NCBI GenBank assembly: GCA_964407145.1
Contig: CAYOUR010000002.1
Location: 1-53,408, forward strand
DNA length: 53,408 nucleotides
Source: an uncultured Lentisphaeraceae bacterium
GTDB lineage: Bacteria > Verrucomicrobiota > Lentisphaeria > Oligosphaerales > Oligosphaeraceae
Direction: 5' to 3'
Both the position numbers and the translations under genes were made by a program. Numbering within the stretch: position 1 is the first letter of the stretch; each line of letters starts with the position of its first letter. Below the pieces are notes generated by a model, which saw only the letters and a program-made list of their open reading frames with translations, was not told where the DNA came from and made no database searches. This document shows positions 43,191 through 53,282 of this stretch, piece by piece.

Positions 43191-44846
43191 TTACGTCGCC
43201 GAGGGGAGTTTTCCCAGGCAGCGTTCCAGGTGTGCGTGGTCCATCTTCTTGGTGAAGCAGGACACGACAATGGTCACCACGATGGACAGCGGCAGGCCGA
43301 TGATCAGCGGGTCGACAAAGGCCCAGACAAAGGGTCCGAAGGCCAGCGGCTTGCCGTCAACGATGGCCAGCGAGGTCTGGCCAAACACGGCGTTGCAGAA
43401 CAGCAGGGCCTTGGCGGTGGTGGCGTGGACCAGGAGCATCCACAGCAGGCAGGCCACGGCGCCGCTGAGCATGCCGGCAATGGCGCCGGCCTTGGTGATC
43501 GAGCGGAACCACAGGGCGCCGACGTACATGGGCAGGAAGGCGCAGGCGCAGATGCCGAAGAAGATGGATGTGCCCCGGGCCACGATCTCCACCCCGGCCT
43601 TGCCCATGGTGTTTTCCAGGTAATAGCCGAGATAGACGCTGACAATGACGCCGACCAGCACGCCGATCCTGGTGGTGAGGACGCCGCGGTGGCGGTTTTT
43701 GGCGCTGCCCAGCCCCAGGGCCTGTTCATACAGGTCGCGCCCGGCGGCCGTGCCCATGGCGTGCATCTGGCTGCTGATGGTGCTCATGGCGGCGGAGAGC
43801 AGGGTCAGCATGAAGAGCACGGAGAACCACGGCGGCATGCTGCCCTTGATATACATGGGGATGATGGCCTCCACGTCGCCGCCGGCCGCGGCAATGGCGA
43901 CTTTGCCGCCGGTCTCCCAGAAGTAGACATTGGTCAGGGCGCCGACCACGAAGGCAACGCCGGTCATCATCAGGATGAAGACGCCGCCGACCGCCACGGC
44001 GCGGTTCAGTTCGCGCTGTCCTTTGACGGTCATGTAGCGGACGGCGAGCTGTGGCTGGGCCAGGACGCCGATGCCGACGCCCATGACAATGGTGCTGACC
44101 AGGGTCCACCAGAGCGGCGAACCGAAGGTCGGCATGGAGGTCCAGCCGGTGTGTCCGCCGGCCTGGAGCTTCTCCGGCACCAGCGCGGCCATTTCGGTCA
44201 GTTTCTGGTGGGCGTCCAGGACTCCGCCGAGCTTCCAGTAGGTCAGGGTGATGAGTGCGACCATTCCGAGCAGCATGATCGTGCCCTGCAGTGCGTCGCT
44301 GTACATCACGCCTTTCAGGCCGCCCATGATGACGTACAGCGCCATGATCGTCGAAAACACGAACAGCGCCGTCTCATAGTTCATGTGCAGCTGCTGCCCC
44401 AGGTACTTGGCTGCGCCGATGAGCACTGCCGACGCGTACAGTGGCATGACCAGGAAGATCACCACCGCGGCCGCGCCCTGGATGAAGCGCGACTGAAAGC
44501 GCCGGCCCAGGACTTCCGGAAAGGTGTGGGCGTCCAGGCGAAGGCCCATCTTGCGCGTGCGGTTGCCGAAAAAGACAAAGGCGAGGAAGATGCCGCAGAA
44601 GATGTTCAGGACGGTCAACCATAGGAGCCCCATGCCGAAAACACCGGCGGCGCCGCCGAAGCCGACTATCGCCGAGGTGCTGATGAAGGTCGCGCCGTAG
44701 GACATCGCCATGACATACGGGTGCGTCTTGCGGCCGGCCAGCAGGAAGTCCGTGGCCCCGTTCGTGGCGCGATAGCCGCGATACCCGAGGTAGCCGATCG
44801 CGAAAAAATAAATCAAAACCCAAATCGTCATCCATAATGAAGACAT
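43191..44846 (-). CDS. Sodium:solute symporter (SSS) family transporter
   Basis: IGYLGYRGYRATNGATDFLLAGR is the SSS N-terminal signature. About 13 TM segments. AAGGAG SD upstream. Confidence 0.9.
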   Translation of the reverse strand: MSSLWMTIWVLIYFFAIGYLGYRGYRATNGATDFLLAGRKTHPYVMAMSYGATFISTSAIVGFGGAAGVFGMGLLWLTVLNIFCGIFLAFVFFGNRTRKMGLRLDAHTFPEVLGRRFQSRFIQGAAAVVIFLVMPLYASAVLIGAAKYLGQQLHMNYETALFVFSTIMALYVIMGGLKGVMYSDALQGTIMLLGMVALITLTYWKLGGVLDAHQKLTEMAALVPEKLQAGGHTGWTSMPTFGSPLWWTLVSTIVMGVGIGVLAQPQLAVRYMTVKGQRELNRAVAVGGVFILMMTGVAFVVGALTNVYFWETGGKVAIAAAGGDVEAIIPMYIKGSMPPWFSVLFMLTLLSAAMSTISSQMHAMGTAAGRDLYEQALGLGSAKNRHRGVLTTRIGVLVGVIVSVYLGYYLENTMGKAGVEIVARGTSIFFGICACAFLPMYVGALWFRSITKAGAIAGMLSGAVACLLWMLLVHATTAKALLFCNAVFGQTSLAIVDGKPLAFGPFVWAFVDPLIIGLPLSIVVTIVVSCFTKKMDHAHLERCLGKLPSAT

Positions 44847-44866
44847 CGGTCGCTCCTTGCTTCGGA

Positions 44867-45043
44867 TTACAGCTTCTCCTCAACCTCGGTCTCTTCCTGC
44901 GCCCAGTGCGCAATCTCGGCCGGCGGTTCCTCGTCGCTCTCCTCCTTGTTCCAGTTTTTCAAACCCCAGAACAGACAGAGCAGCGAACTGCCGATCGATA
45001 GCACAAAAGCCAAAAATACCCACGGATCCGGAATGTTCAGCAT
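44867..45043 (-). CDS. Symporter small accessory membrane protein (58 aa)
   Basis: MLNIPDPWVFLAFVLSIGSSLLCLFWGLKNWNKEE is a single TM, followed by an acidic tail. GAAGGAG SD. It lies 20 nt upstream of the SSS gene. Confidence 0.7.
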   Translation of the reverse strand: MLNIPDPWVFLAFVLSIGSSLLCLFWGLKNWNKEESDEEPPAEIAHWAQEETEVEEKL

Positions 45044-45275
45044 GGAAGTCAGGCTCCTTCTCGGGTTGATTCCAGGGACGTCAACGATGGTTGTGCCAGC
45101 CGGAGGCAATCACAAAAAACGTCTAAACATAACCTCGTTCCGGAAATTTTCTTGACAAGAAGACAAAAATCGTCAAAGTAACGCCGCAGTGGACAGTGGA
45201 CGCTCAAGGAACAGTAGTCCTTGTTTGATGGTTCTGTCGGACTTATGGTAACTTCATCAACCAGCCATGCGTTCC

Positions 45276-45452
45276 ATGCTCTTCACTTATGCGAAACTAG
45301 GGCTGGAAACATGGGACCCATAGGACGGTGGAATTAGGACGTATAGGACCTATAGGACGTATGGGACGGTGGAATAGGACAATAGGACAAATATGCTGTT
45401 GGGTTATTGAAGTCGCCCAAAGCCATACTGAACTCCTGAACAAGGAGTATTG
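45276..45452 (+). repeat. ~176-bp repeated intergenic element, copy B, with an internal GGAC 9-mer array
   Basis: About 90% identical by eye to 7520-7695. It is flanked by gttcca at 45271-76 and 45453-58. Extra GGAC clusters lie at 45189-45203 and 45487-45510. Confidence 0.85.
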
Positions 45453-45619
45453 GTTCCAGCGATTCTATCTCAATTCCCATTGAGCCTTGGACTTTGGACA
45501 ATGGACGCTCCGGGCGGTATTGTATGTGAGGTTATGGTCAAGGAACGATCCGGTCGTGGGGGGCGTGTCTGGCCATGTCTGGAACGAAGGCGGGTGTGAT
45601 TCAACGGAAAGGCAGAGTC

Positions 45620-46636
45620 ATGCATTTGTCACCCTCGGAGCATCATCGTTATCTGTTGTCGTTGCAGCGTCCGCGGTACCGATATGACGGCGGGGATGTA
45701 AACGTGTGGCGTCGCGGCTGGCGTCGTCAGCTTCGGCGTCTCCTGGGCGACTGGCCGCGGGAGCGTTGTCCATTGGCTGCACGTCAGCTGTGGCAGCGGC
45801 CGCATCCGTTGGGGACGATGGAGAAGCTGGTGTTTACGGCGGAGCCGTATGCCGATGTCACGGGCTATCTGTGCCTGCCCTCGACCGGTTGCGTGCCTTA
45901 TCCGGTGATGATTTGCCTGCAGGGGCATACCAGCGGCATGCACCATTCGATTGCGGTGGAGGCGGCGGACGAGACGACGCCGATGACGGTGGCCGGCGAT
46001 CGCGATTTTGCCCTGGGCTGCCTGCGTCGCGGTTGGGCGGCGCTGTGTCTGGAACAGCGTTCGCTGGGTGAGCGCCGGGAGCTGCGGCAGGAAAAGGTGT
46101 CGCCGTACAACCGTTGCCACGACGCGTTTGTGCAGGCCTTGATGCTGGGGCGGACCTTGTTGGGCGAACGCGTGTATGATGTCGACCGGGGCATAGATTA
46201 TCTGCTGACGCGTCCGGAGATTGATTCGCGTCGCATCGGGGTGATGGGCAACTCCGGTGGCGGGACGGTTGCGATTTATGCGGCTGCGGTTCTGCCGCGG
46301 CTGGCGTATGCGATGCCCTCCTGTTCCTTTGGCGCCTTCGCAGAGACCAAGATGGCGTTGTACCATTGCGCCTGCGGGTACGTCCCCAGGCTGGCTCAGT
46401 ATGCTGAAATGGCGGATGTCCTGGGGTTGTTTGCGCCCAAGCCCGTCGTGGTGGTCGCCGGCCAGGACGACCCGATCATCCCGCTGCCCGGCGCCAGGCG
46501 GGCTTTCGAACAGCTGCAGGAAATCTACCGTGCTGCCGGGGCAGGTCAGCGTTGCCGGCTGGTGGTTGGCCCGGAAGGGCATCGGTTTTATGCCGCCGCC
46601 GCCTGGGAGGCGCTCCAGGCGCTGATTGGCGGATAA
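45620..46636 (+). CDS. Alpha/beta hydrolase (acetyl-xylan-esterase / dienelactone-hydrolase-like)
   Basis: Nucleophile elbow GVMGNSGGG, plus downstream Asp and His regions (VVVAGQDDPIIP, GPEGHRF). The start could be 45575 or 45620. Confidence 0.75.
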   Translation: MHLSPSEHHRYLLSLQRPRYRYDGGDVNVWRRGWRRQLRRLLGDWPRERCPLAARQLWQRPHPLGTMEKLVFTAEPYADVTGYLCLPSTGCVPYPVMICLQGHTSGMHHSIAVEAADETTPMTVAGDRDFALGCLRRGWAALCLEQRSLGERRELRQEKVSPYNRCHDAFVQALMLGRTLLGERVYDVDRGIDYLLTRPEIDSRRIGVMGNSGGGTVAIYAAAVLPRLAYAMPSCSFGAFAETKMALYHCACGYVPRLAQYAEMADVLGLFAPKPVVVVAGQDDPIIPLPGARRAFEQLQEIYRAAGAGQRCRLVVGPEGHRFYAAAAWEALQALIGG

Positions 46637-46940
46637 GTCCGGCGCGCCGCCCGCCGCGATTCCGGGACTGTCCCCGTCAACTTTCCGGAAAGGAAATCGG
46701 CGTTCACCCGTTGCCATGGGCAGGCCTTGGTTTTGAACCACCGATGGAAAGCGGTCCGTACGGGGATGTTGTGTCTGGTTGCGGAAAACAGGAGATGCGT
46801 TGTTGGCTGAGGGAGTTCGCCAGGCCGGTTGTTTTGCCGAAGTGCGTCCGCGGGGTTATATTGCATGTCGTCAATTATGTTTCGCGGAAGCGGGACGGTC
46901 ACAGGCAACTATGGACATGGAAGAGCAGGAGTCGGGAATC

Positions 46941-47261
46941 ATGGCCGGAAACAAGATTATCTGCAGCACCAACCAGGTCGATTATTCGGAAATCAGGAAG
47001 GCGATGTGCGCGGGGGCTCGGACGGAGGCGGAAGTCGCGCAGCTGGCCGGCACCTGCAATCAGTGCAAGGGCTGTCGCGAGAACCTGCCCTGGATTCTCG
47101 CTTCGGTCTGCGGCTGCAAGCAGGTGTCGCTGCAAGCGGTGATCGACGCAGTCAAGAATGGCGCCGATACCGTGGAGAAAGTCGGCGAAGCCACAGGCGC
47201 GGGCACGGATTGCGGCCGATGCAAGGCGCTGGTGGCCAATATCATCGCGTTGGGGCGATGA
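46941..47261 (+). CDS. BFD-like [2Fe-2S]-binding domain protein (tandem BFD-like domains, 106 aa)
   Basis: The second domain VCGCKQVSLQAVIDAV...GAGTDCGRCKALV is canonical CxC...CxxC. The first domain has ICSTNQV...CNQCKGC. AGGAG lies 10 nt upstream of the ATG. Confidence 0.7.
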   Translation: MAGNKIICSTNQVDYSEIRKAMCAGARTEAEVAQLAGTCNQCKGCRENLPWILASVCGCKQVSLQAVIDAVKNGADTVEKVGEATGAGTDCGRCKALVANIIALGR

Positions 47262-47356
47262 GGTCTCCGGCAGGCCAGGTGGGCGATGGTTCCGGCTTTC
47301 GGGCGATTCCGCCACCCCCTGCTGCGGTGTCAATGGGCAACCGGAAGGTCTGATTT

Positions 47357-48754
47357 ATGGCGACAACTCCGAATGTGCTGTTTTTTTTGACGGACGACCA
47401 GCGTTTTGACACGATTGGCGCCCTGGGCAATCCGCTGATTCGGACTCCGAACCTGGATCGGCTGGTGGCGCGCGGGGTCAGTTTCCGGCGCGCGCACATT
47501 CCCGGCGGCACTTCGGGCGCGGTCTGCATGCCGAGCCGGGCCATGCTGCATACCGGTCGGAGTCTGTTCCATCTCGACGATGTCGGACAGGAAATTCCCC
47601 GGGAGCATGCCACCCTGGGGGAGACTTTCCGGCGGGCCGGATATGAATGCCATGGCATTGGCAAATGGCACAACGGCCGGATGGCGTTCGCCCGCAGCTT
47701 CACCGGTGGCGACGAGATTTTCTTTGGCGGGATGAGCGACCACTGGAATGTGCCGGCGTACCATTTCGACCCGACTGGCGAGTATGCCGCCCGGCTTCCC
47801 CGGGTGCCGGACCCGATGCATTCCAATCAGGTGGAATACCGGGCGTGCGATCACATCCATGCCGGACGCCATTCCACGGAGCTTTTTGTTGACGCCGCCT
47901 GTGATTTTCTGCGGGAGCGTGACCGCCAGAGGCCGTTTTTCCTGTATGTCGCCCTGCTGGCTCCGCATGATCCGCGGACTATGCCCGAGGCCTTCCGGCA
48001 GCTTTACGACCCTGAATCCCTGCCGTTGCCGGAGAATTTCCGGGCGGAGCATGTTATTGACACGGGCGCGCTGCGGTGCCGGGATGAGCTTCTGGCCGGT
48101 TTTCCACGGCAGCCCTCCGAGGTGCGTCGGCATCTGGCCGAGTACTATGCGATGATCAGCCATCTTGATGCCGAGCTGGGGCGCCTTCTGGCGACGCTGG
48201 AATCTGTCGGCGATCTGTCAGATACGATCATCGTGGTAGCCGGCGACAATGGCCTGGCTGTCGGGCAGCATGGCCTGATGGGCAAGCAGAATGTCTATGA
48301 GCACAGTGTGCGGGTGCCGCTGCTGGTCAGCGGTCCGGAGGTTCCGGCCGGCGTCACCAGCGACGCTCTTGTTTATCTGTTCGATCTTTTCCCGACGTTG
48401 TGCGACTTGTGTCGGATGCCGGTTCCGGAATCGGTCGAGGGGCGCAGCCTGCGGCCCTGCTGGGAGACGGGTGACCGCGGCCGTGACAGTCTGTATCTGG
48501 TTTATGCCGATGCCGTCCGCGGCGTCAGCGATGGCCGCCGCAAGCTGATCGAGTATGCGTGCGGCGCCACGCAGCTGTTTGACTTGGAAGAAGATTCCTG
48601 GGAGAAGAACAACCTGGCCGAACAGCCCGAAGCGCGTGGCGACCTGGAGCAGTATCGGCGGGAAATGTGGAAGCTGTCCGGACAATGGGACGACCGCCGG
48701 CACCGGCTGGGCCAGGAGTTCTGGCGGCGGCGACGTGATTTGCGTCAGGGGTAG
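47357..48754 (+). CDS. Sulfatase (Cys-type, formylglycine-dependent)
   Basis: NVLFFLTDDQRFD and GAVCMPSRAMLHTGR (CxPxR). GKWH. GDNG. Confidence 0.9.
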   Translation: MATTPNVLFFLTDDQRFDTIGALGNPLIRTPNLDRLVARGVSFRRAHIPGGTSGAVCMPSRAMLHTGRSLFHLDDVGQEIPREHATLGETFRRAGYECHGIGKWHNGRMAFARSFTGGDEIFFGGMSDHWNVPAYHFDPTGEYAARLPRVPDPMHSNQVEYRACDHIHAGRHSTELFVDAACDFLRERDRQRPFFLYVALLAPHDPRTMPEAFRQLYDPESLPLPENFRAEHVIDTGALRCRDELLAGFPRQPSEVRRHLAEYYAMISHLDAELGRLLATLESVGDLSDTIIVVAGDNGLAVGQHGLMGKQNVYEHSVRVPLLVSGPEVPAGVTSDALVYLFDLFPTLCDLCRMPVPESVEGRSLRPCWETGDRGRDSLYLVYADAVRGVSDGRRKLIEYACGATQLFDLEEDSWEKNNLAEQPEARGDLEQYRREMWKLSGQWDDRRHRLGQEFWRRRRDLRQG

Positions 48755-48910
48755 CGGCGCATTGATTTGATGCGCCAAGGGCAGGCCATTGCGCACGGTC
48801 GCCAAGACTGACCGGATGAATTGTATCGGCGCCGAAGACGACCGAGCGGTCTGGGCGGGAATGGGATATTCGTGGGGTGACGGCATCACAGCGGAAAGGC
48901 CAGGTGACGA

Positions 48911-49738
48911 ATGCGGCCGGGGATTTTCACATCGTTTATGGCGGGCATGCCGTATGCGACGGCGCTGCCCATGATTCAGGCGGCTGGTTTCCAGGCCGTC
49001 AGTCTGGGCGGCGTGCCCGAGCTGGCCGGGTATGGCACGGGTGCAGATCGCCAGAAGCTGAAGGCGCTGCTGCGTGTTCACGGTCTGGTCATTGATTCGG
49101 TGCACGCGCCGTTTCCGGAGGGCGACCGGCTGTTTGCCGAGGACGAGGCCGTTCGTCAGGAGTCATTGCGGCAATGCCGGCTGGCTCTGGACGCGGCTTC
49201 TGAAGTCGATGGTCGTGTCGTCGTCATCCACCTGATTCAGCCCTACGGCATTCCGCCGGGCGAACAGCGCGACCGCATGGTTGAACAGGGCCGCCGCAGT
49301 GTCGCGGAGCTGGCCGGGTATGCCGCAAAGCGCCAGGTCTGCCTGGCCCTGGAAAATGGCCAGCGCCCCGACTATGACCAGGTGCTTTTTGCTCTTCTGG
49401 AGGAGTTGCCGGCCCCGCATGTCGGCCTTTGCTACGATTCCGGCCACGAGCATGTCCAGGGGCGGTGTTTTCAGATGCTGCGGCGCTATGGCCACCGGCT
49501 GCTGGCGTTGCACATCCACGACAACACCGGACGCGACACCCATCTTTTGCCGTATGAGGGCACGGTGCCATGGGAGGGTTTCGGCGAGGCCATGGCCGGA
49601 TTGAATTTTACCGGCGATCTCGTCCTGGAGCCCAGCATGGCCAATTCGCCGTTCCAGGACCCGGCGGAATTTTTGGCCGAGGCCATGCGTCGCTGCCGGC
49701 GTCTGTTGTCGGCATTGCCGGGAAACGTCGGTCAATGA
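48911..49738 (+). CDS. Sugar phosphate isomerase/epimerase (xylose isomerase-like TIM barrel)
   Basis: LALENG...CYDSGHEH...LHIHDN metal-binding pattern. Confidence 0.8.
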   Translation: MRPGIFTSFMAGMPYATALPMIQAAGFQAVSLGGVPELAGYGTGADRQKLKALLRVHGLVIDSVHAPFPEGDRLFAEDEAVRQESLRQCRLALDAASEVDGRVVVIHLIQPYGIPPGEQRDRMVEQGRRSVAELAGYAAKRQVCLALENGQRPDYDQVLFALLEELPAPHVGLCYDSGHEHVQGRCFQMLRRYGHRLLALHIHDNTGRDTHLLPYEGTVPWEGFGEAMAGLNFTGDLVLEPSMANSPFQDPAEFLAEAMRRCRRLLSALPGNVGQ

Positions 49739-49873
49739 AGCGACGCCATCGTCGTCGGCCGGCGATGGTCAGCTGTCTGGCGGATGCCAGCCGGCGACAC
49801 TTCCGGTTGTCTCCAGGCGCTTGGCCGCCGGGCAACCAGCTCAGAATCAATGATAGAAAAGGAGCCTGCTGCA

Positions 49874-51211
49874 ATGGAACAGGAAATCGCCACGTGCCGT
49901 GCCGGAGTCGCGCGGGTCTGCATCACACCGCCCCTGCCATGTGACATGGCCGGATACTTTCATCGCCGCATAGCCGAAAGCGTCGCCCGCGATTTGTATG
50001 CCACGGTGCTGGCCTTTGAGAAGGATGGCCAGGCGGCGGTCGTGGTCGGTGCCGATCTGATTGCCATGACCGACGAGGTCTGCAAGCCGGCGTTTGCGGC
50101 GGCGCATGAGCGCTGGGGCATCCCTTTGAGCAGCATGATCGCCAGCGCCACCCATACTCATACCGGACCGGAAATTCGCCGTGACGCCAGCAATCCGGTG
50201 TCTGAAGAGTATCTGGGCGTGCTGCCCGGACTGATTACGGAGGCCGTCGGGAACGCCCTGGAGAACATGTCCGAGTCGGTGTTGTGTTTTGGCGAGACCC
50301 GGGCGCCGGGTCTGGCCCACAACCGCCTTTCGCGTTGCGCCGACGGCTCGGAAGTGTTCGGCGCCCAAGGCGGCAGCGCCAAGGTCATCGGGCCGGCCGG
50401 GCCGACTGACGACAGCGTCCAGACCCTGGGCATTTACACGCCGGACAAGCAGCTGCGCGGCCTGCTGGTCAATTTCGCCTGTCATCCCGACACGTCCGGG
50501 GGCGGCAAGGCCACGGCGATTGATTCGGACTGGCCAGGCGAGATGACGTCGTATCTGCAGGGTGTTCTCGGCGCCGAGCTGCCAGTGCTGTTCATGCAGG
50601 GGACGGCCGGGGACATCAACCAACGCGATTCGCGCGCTCCGCGGCCGCACTGGCTGCCGGATGGACGCGGCAAGTTGGCTCGCGGCGTCGCCGGGGCGGT
50701 TCTTTATGCGGCGCAGATTGCCAGTCCGCTGCCGGAAATCGTCATCCGGAGCGCGCGCCAGGAGCTTGACCTGCCGTTTTATGTGCGTGACCAGACGCTC
50801 TATGATCTGGTTGAGAAGCTCAAGCAGAAGGGCGAGGCCGCCACGTATTTTGAGCAGAACCTGATCCGGCGGGTGGAGGCTTGGCAGAAGGACGGCCAGG
50901 TCGACCATGTGGAAATCACCGCGCTGCGAATCGGCGACCTGGCGATGGCGGCTTTGCCGGGCGAGATTTTCACTGGTTGGGGCCTGGAGATCAAGCGCTA
51001 TTCACCGGCCGGGCATACCATGATCGCCGAGCTGGCCAGTTCGCACAATGGCCTGACCGGCTACAAGGCGACGAGTGACCAGGCTTTGCGGGGCGCCCGC
51101 GCCAAGGGCGCCTATGGCACGCTGCCGACCATGAGCCAGCGCCATTGTCCCGCTTCCGGACAGATGATGACCGACAGCGCCATCGCCCTGCTGCATGAGT
51201 TGTGGTCCTGA
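49874..51211 (+). CDS. Neutral/alkaline ceramidase-like hydrolase family protein
   Basis: AGVARVCITPP...SATHTHTGPE motif. The start is moved to the ATG at 49874, behind GGAG. Confidence 0.7.
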   Translation: MEQEIATCRAGVARVCITPPLPCDMAGYFHRRIAESVARDLYATVLAFEKDGQAAVVVGADLIAMTDEVCKPAFAAAHERWGIPLSSMIASATHTHTGPEIRRDASNPVSEEYLGVLPGLITEAVGNALENMSESVLCFGETRAPGLAHNRLSRCADGSEVFGAQGGSAKVIGPAGPTDDSVQTLGIYTPDKQLRGLLVNFACHPDTSGGGKATAIDSDWPGEMTSYLQGVLGAELPVLFMQGTAGDINQRDSRAPRPHWLPDGRGKLARGVAGAVLYAAQIASPLPEIVIRSARQELDLPFYVRDQTLYDLVEKLKQKGEAATYFEQNLIRRVEAWQKDGQVDHVEITALRIGDLAMAALPGEIFTGWGLEIKRYSPAGHTMIAELASSHNGLTGYKATSDQALRGARAKGAYGTLPTMSQRHCPASGQMMTDSAIALLHELWS

Positions 51212-51240
51212 CGGCGCCGGCCCGATTATAGGGGCGCAAA

Positions 51241-51285
51241 GCAGGTCGCGGCCGGCGCCGGCGACCTGCTGGTCTGACCGTTTTG
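51241..51285 (+). terminator. Candidate terminator after the ceramidase-like gene
   Basis: gcaggtcgc (51241-49) pairs with gcgacctgc (51261-69). A TTTT run lies about 12 nt downstream, which is suboptimal. Confidence 0.45.
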
Positions 51286-51437
51286 GTCCATGTGCAGGAT
51301 GTGGTGATGGATGCTTCCGGCCACTGTCCCCGGAGACCATGCGTTTCCAGGTGGCGCCCTTTGGGCGCGGCGGTGGGGTTTCTCTGCCGCGGGTTTCCTT
51401 GCCCTTCGGGCTTCGGTCACCCGCGGTTATGTTTGTT

Positions 51438-51457
51438 GAGCCCTTCGGGCTTTTTTC
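51438..51457 (+). terminator. Short hairpin plus T6 (second of two gcccttcgggc hairpins)
   Basis: gagcccttcgggctttttt. The same gcccttcgggc occurs at 51401-11. It sits in the gap between convergent genes with no obvious upstream gene. Confidence 0.4.
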
Positions 51458-51595
51458 GTTATGGCTGCAGGAACGTCTTTCTGCATTCCACTCCACTATC
51501 GGGTTGAAAGTCTTTTCAAAGGAAGAGGCAGATAGATACCCCTTGTCAAGCACCTTCTCCCATCACCACATGTTGCACATTATCAAAAGTTCAGG

Positions 51596-53122
51596 TTATT
51601 TTCGGGCGGCTGTTTTGAGGCGATTTTCCCGGAAGAATCGGAACACGTCGTGGTCCTGTTCCGGCATGCCGTCGAGTCGTTCCTGGTAGTGCGGCGAGAC
51701 GAAGGCGCGTTCCAGGAGGGGCAGGGTGCCGTCGGCTTGCAGGGTGATGTTGCGCGGCGCCAGTTCGTCGGCCAGGCGCTGGCGCATTTTGAGCAGGGTG
51801 GTTTGCCAGTCGCGGTTGTTTGCCAGGTCGTGCCGTTCGCCCGGGTCGGCCGTCAGGTCGAACAGTTGCTCCTGGCCAGTGCGCGTGAACCAGATGTACT
51901 TGATTTTGCCGTCGGACAGATACTGCATTTCCTCGTCGCGGAAGTAGTTGGCGCAGTGTTCGCCGTGGACGAAGTCGCGCCAGGGGGCCGTGTGGCCCTG
52001 GGCCAGCGGCAGGACGCTCAGGCCGTCGACCATTTCCGGGGTCGGCAGACCCAGCGTGTCGAGGATGGTTGGCATCACATCGGCGAGGGAGACCGGCGCG
52101 TCATGGCTGGCAGGGGTGTTTTGCCGCAGGTCCTTGGGCAGTCTGACGAGGAAGGGGATGTGGGCGGAGCCTTCATAGGCGTAGGTCTTGCGCCACATGT
52201 GGTGGTCGCCGAGCATGTCGCCGTGGTCGCTGGTGAAGAGGATCAGGGTGTCGTCCAGAATGCCCTGCCGTTGCAGTTCGTCGAGGAGGCGGCCGATCTG
52301 GGCGTCGATATGGCTTACATTGCCATAGTATCCGGCCCGTGCCAGGCGGATTTCCCCGGGTGGGATGAGGCCATGCCAGGCCGCCGGGTTTTCAATTTGG
52401 GTCGGGTCGGCGTGTTTGTCGGCCCAGTCACCGATCCAAGGTTCGGGGGGCGGGTTGTCAAGGTAGCGGTTGAAGTATTCCGGGATGGCGTCGTAGGGTG
52501 AATGTGGCCGGGCGAACGAGGTTTTCAGGAAGAAGGGCCGGCTGCGGTCGCGGTCGCGCAGGAACCGGATTGAGCGTTCGCCGGTCCAGGCCGTCGGGTG
52601 CAGGTGCGGGGGCATGTCGTAGGGGCGACCGCACCAGCCGTTCCAGTTGCGTCCGGGGCCAATGGGAGTGTCCTGGCCGCATTGTTCGTGGTACCAGGTT
52701 TCGTAGTCGCAGCAGAAGTCCGGGTCCTGGTGGCGGCCCGACTCGTCCAGTTCGATATGATGGAAGCCATTCAGGCTGCGTTGCGGAAAGAAGTGCATTT
52801 TGCCGACGCCTTTGCAGTAGTAACCGGCCCGGGCCAGTTCTCCCGGCAGGGTGAACGGGAAGTTGGTTCCCATGTGGCCCTGGCCCTCGCCCATGCCGAG
52901 GATGCCGGTTTTCCACTGGTTCATGCCGGTCATCAGCATGGCTCGGGCAGGGATGCAGGACGGGCAGGAGGTGTAGGCCGAACGGAAGATCGTGCCTTCA
53001 GCAGCCAGCCGGTCGAGGTTCGGGGTGGCGATCGTCTCGTTGCCGGCGCAGTGCAGGGTGTCGAAACGCTGCTGGTCGGTCATCAGCAGCAGGACGTTGC
53101 AGCGTTTTTGGGCGGTGTCCAT
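51596..53122 (-). CDS. Sulfatase (Cys-type, formylglycine-dependent)
   Basis: NVLLLMTDQQRFD and SCPSCIPARAMLMTG (CxPxR). GKMH. SDHGD. Confidence 0.9.
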   Translation of the reverse strand: MDTAQKRCNVLLLMTDQQRFDTLHCAGNETIATPNLDRLAAEGTIFRSAYTSCPSCIPARAMLMTGMNQWKTGILGMGEGQGHMGTNFPFTLPGELARAGYYCKGVGKMHFFPQRSLNGFHHIELDESGRHQDPDFCCDYETWYHEQCGQDTPIGPGRNWNGWCGRPYDMPPHLHPTAWTGERSIRFLRDRDRSRPFFLKTSFARPHSPYDAIPEYFNRYLDNPPPEPWIGDWADKHADPTQIENPAAWHGLIPPGEIRLARAGYYGNVSHIDAQIGRLLDELQRQGILDDTLILFTSDHGDMLGDHHMWRKTYAYEGSAHIPFLVRLPKDLRQNTPASHDAPVSLADVMPTILDTLGLPTPEMVDGLSVLPLAQGHTAPWRDFVHGEHCANYFRDEEMQYLSDGKIKYIWFTRTGQEQLFDLTADPGERHDLANNRDWQTTLLKMRQRLADELAPRNITLQADGTLPLLERAFVSPHYQERLDGMPEQDHDVFRFFRENRLKTAARK

Positions 53123-53282
53123 GAGAATGCTCCGAGTTGGTTGCCGGCGGCGCCGGGCGGGATGTCGAGTCTCCGCCGTATCGACCTAAGCCTGGCACAA
53201 GGCCTGACCGGGGAGGATTGTCTTCAATAAGGCATAACGTATTGTTTTTTGCGATGACTGCAAGCCGGAGGTGCGTTTTGGT

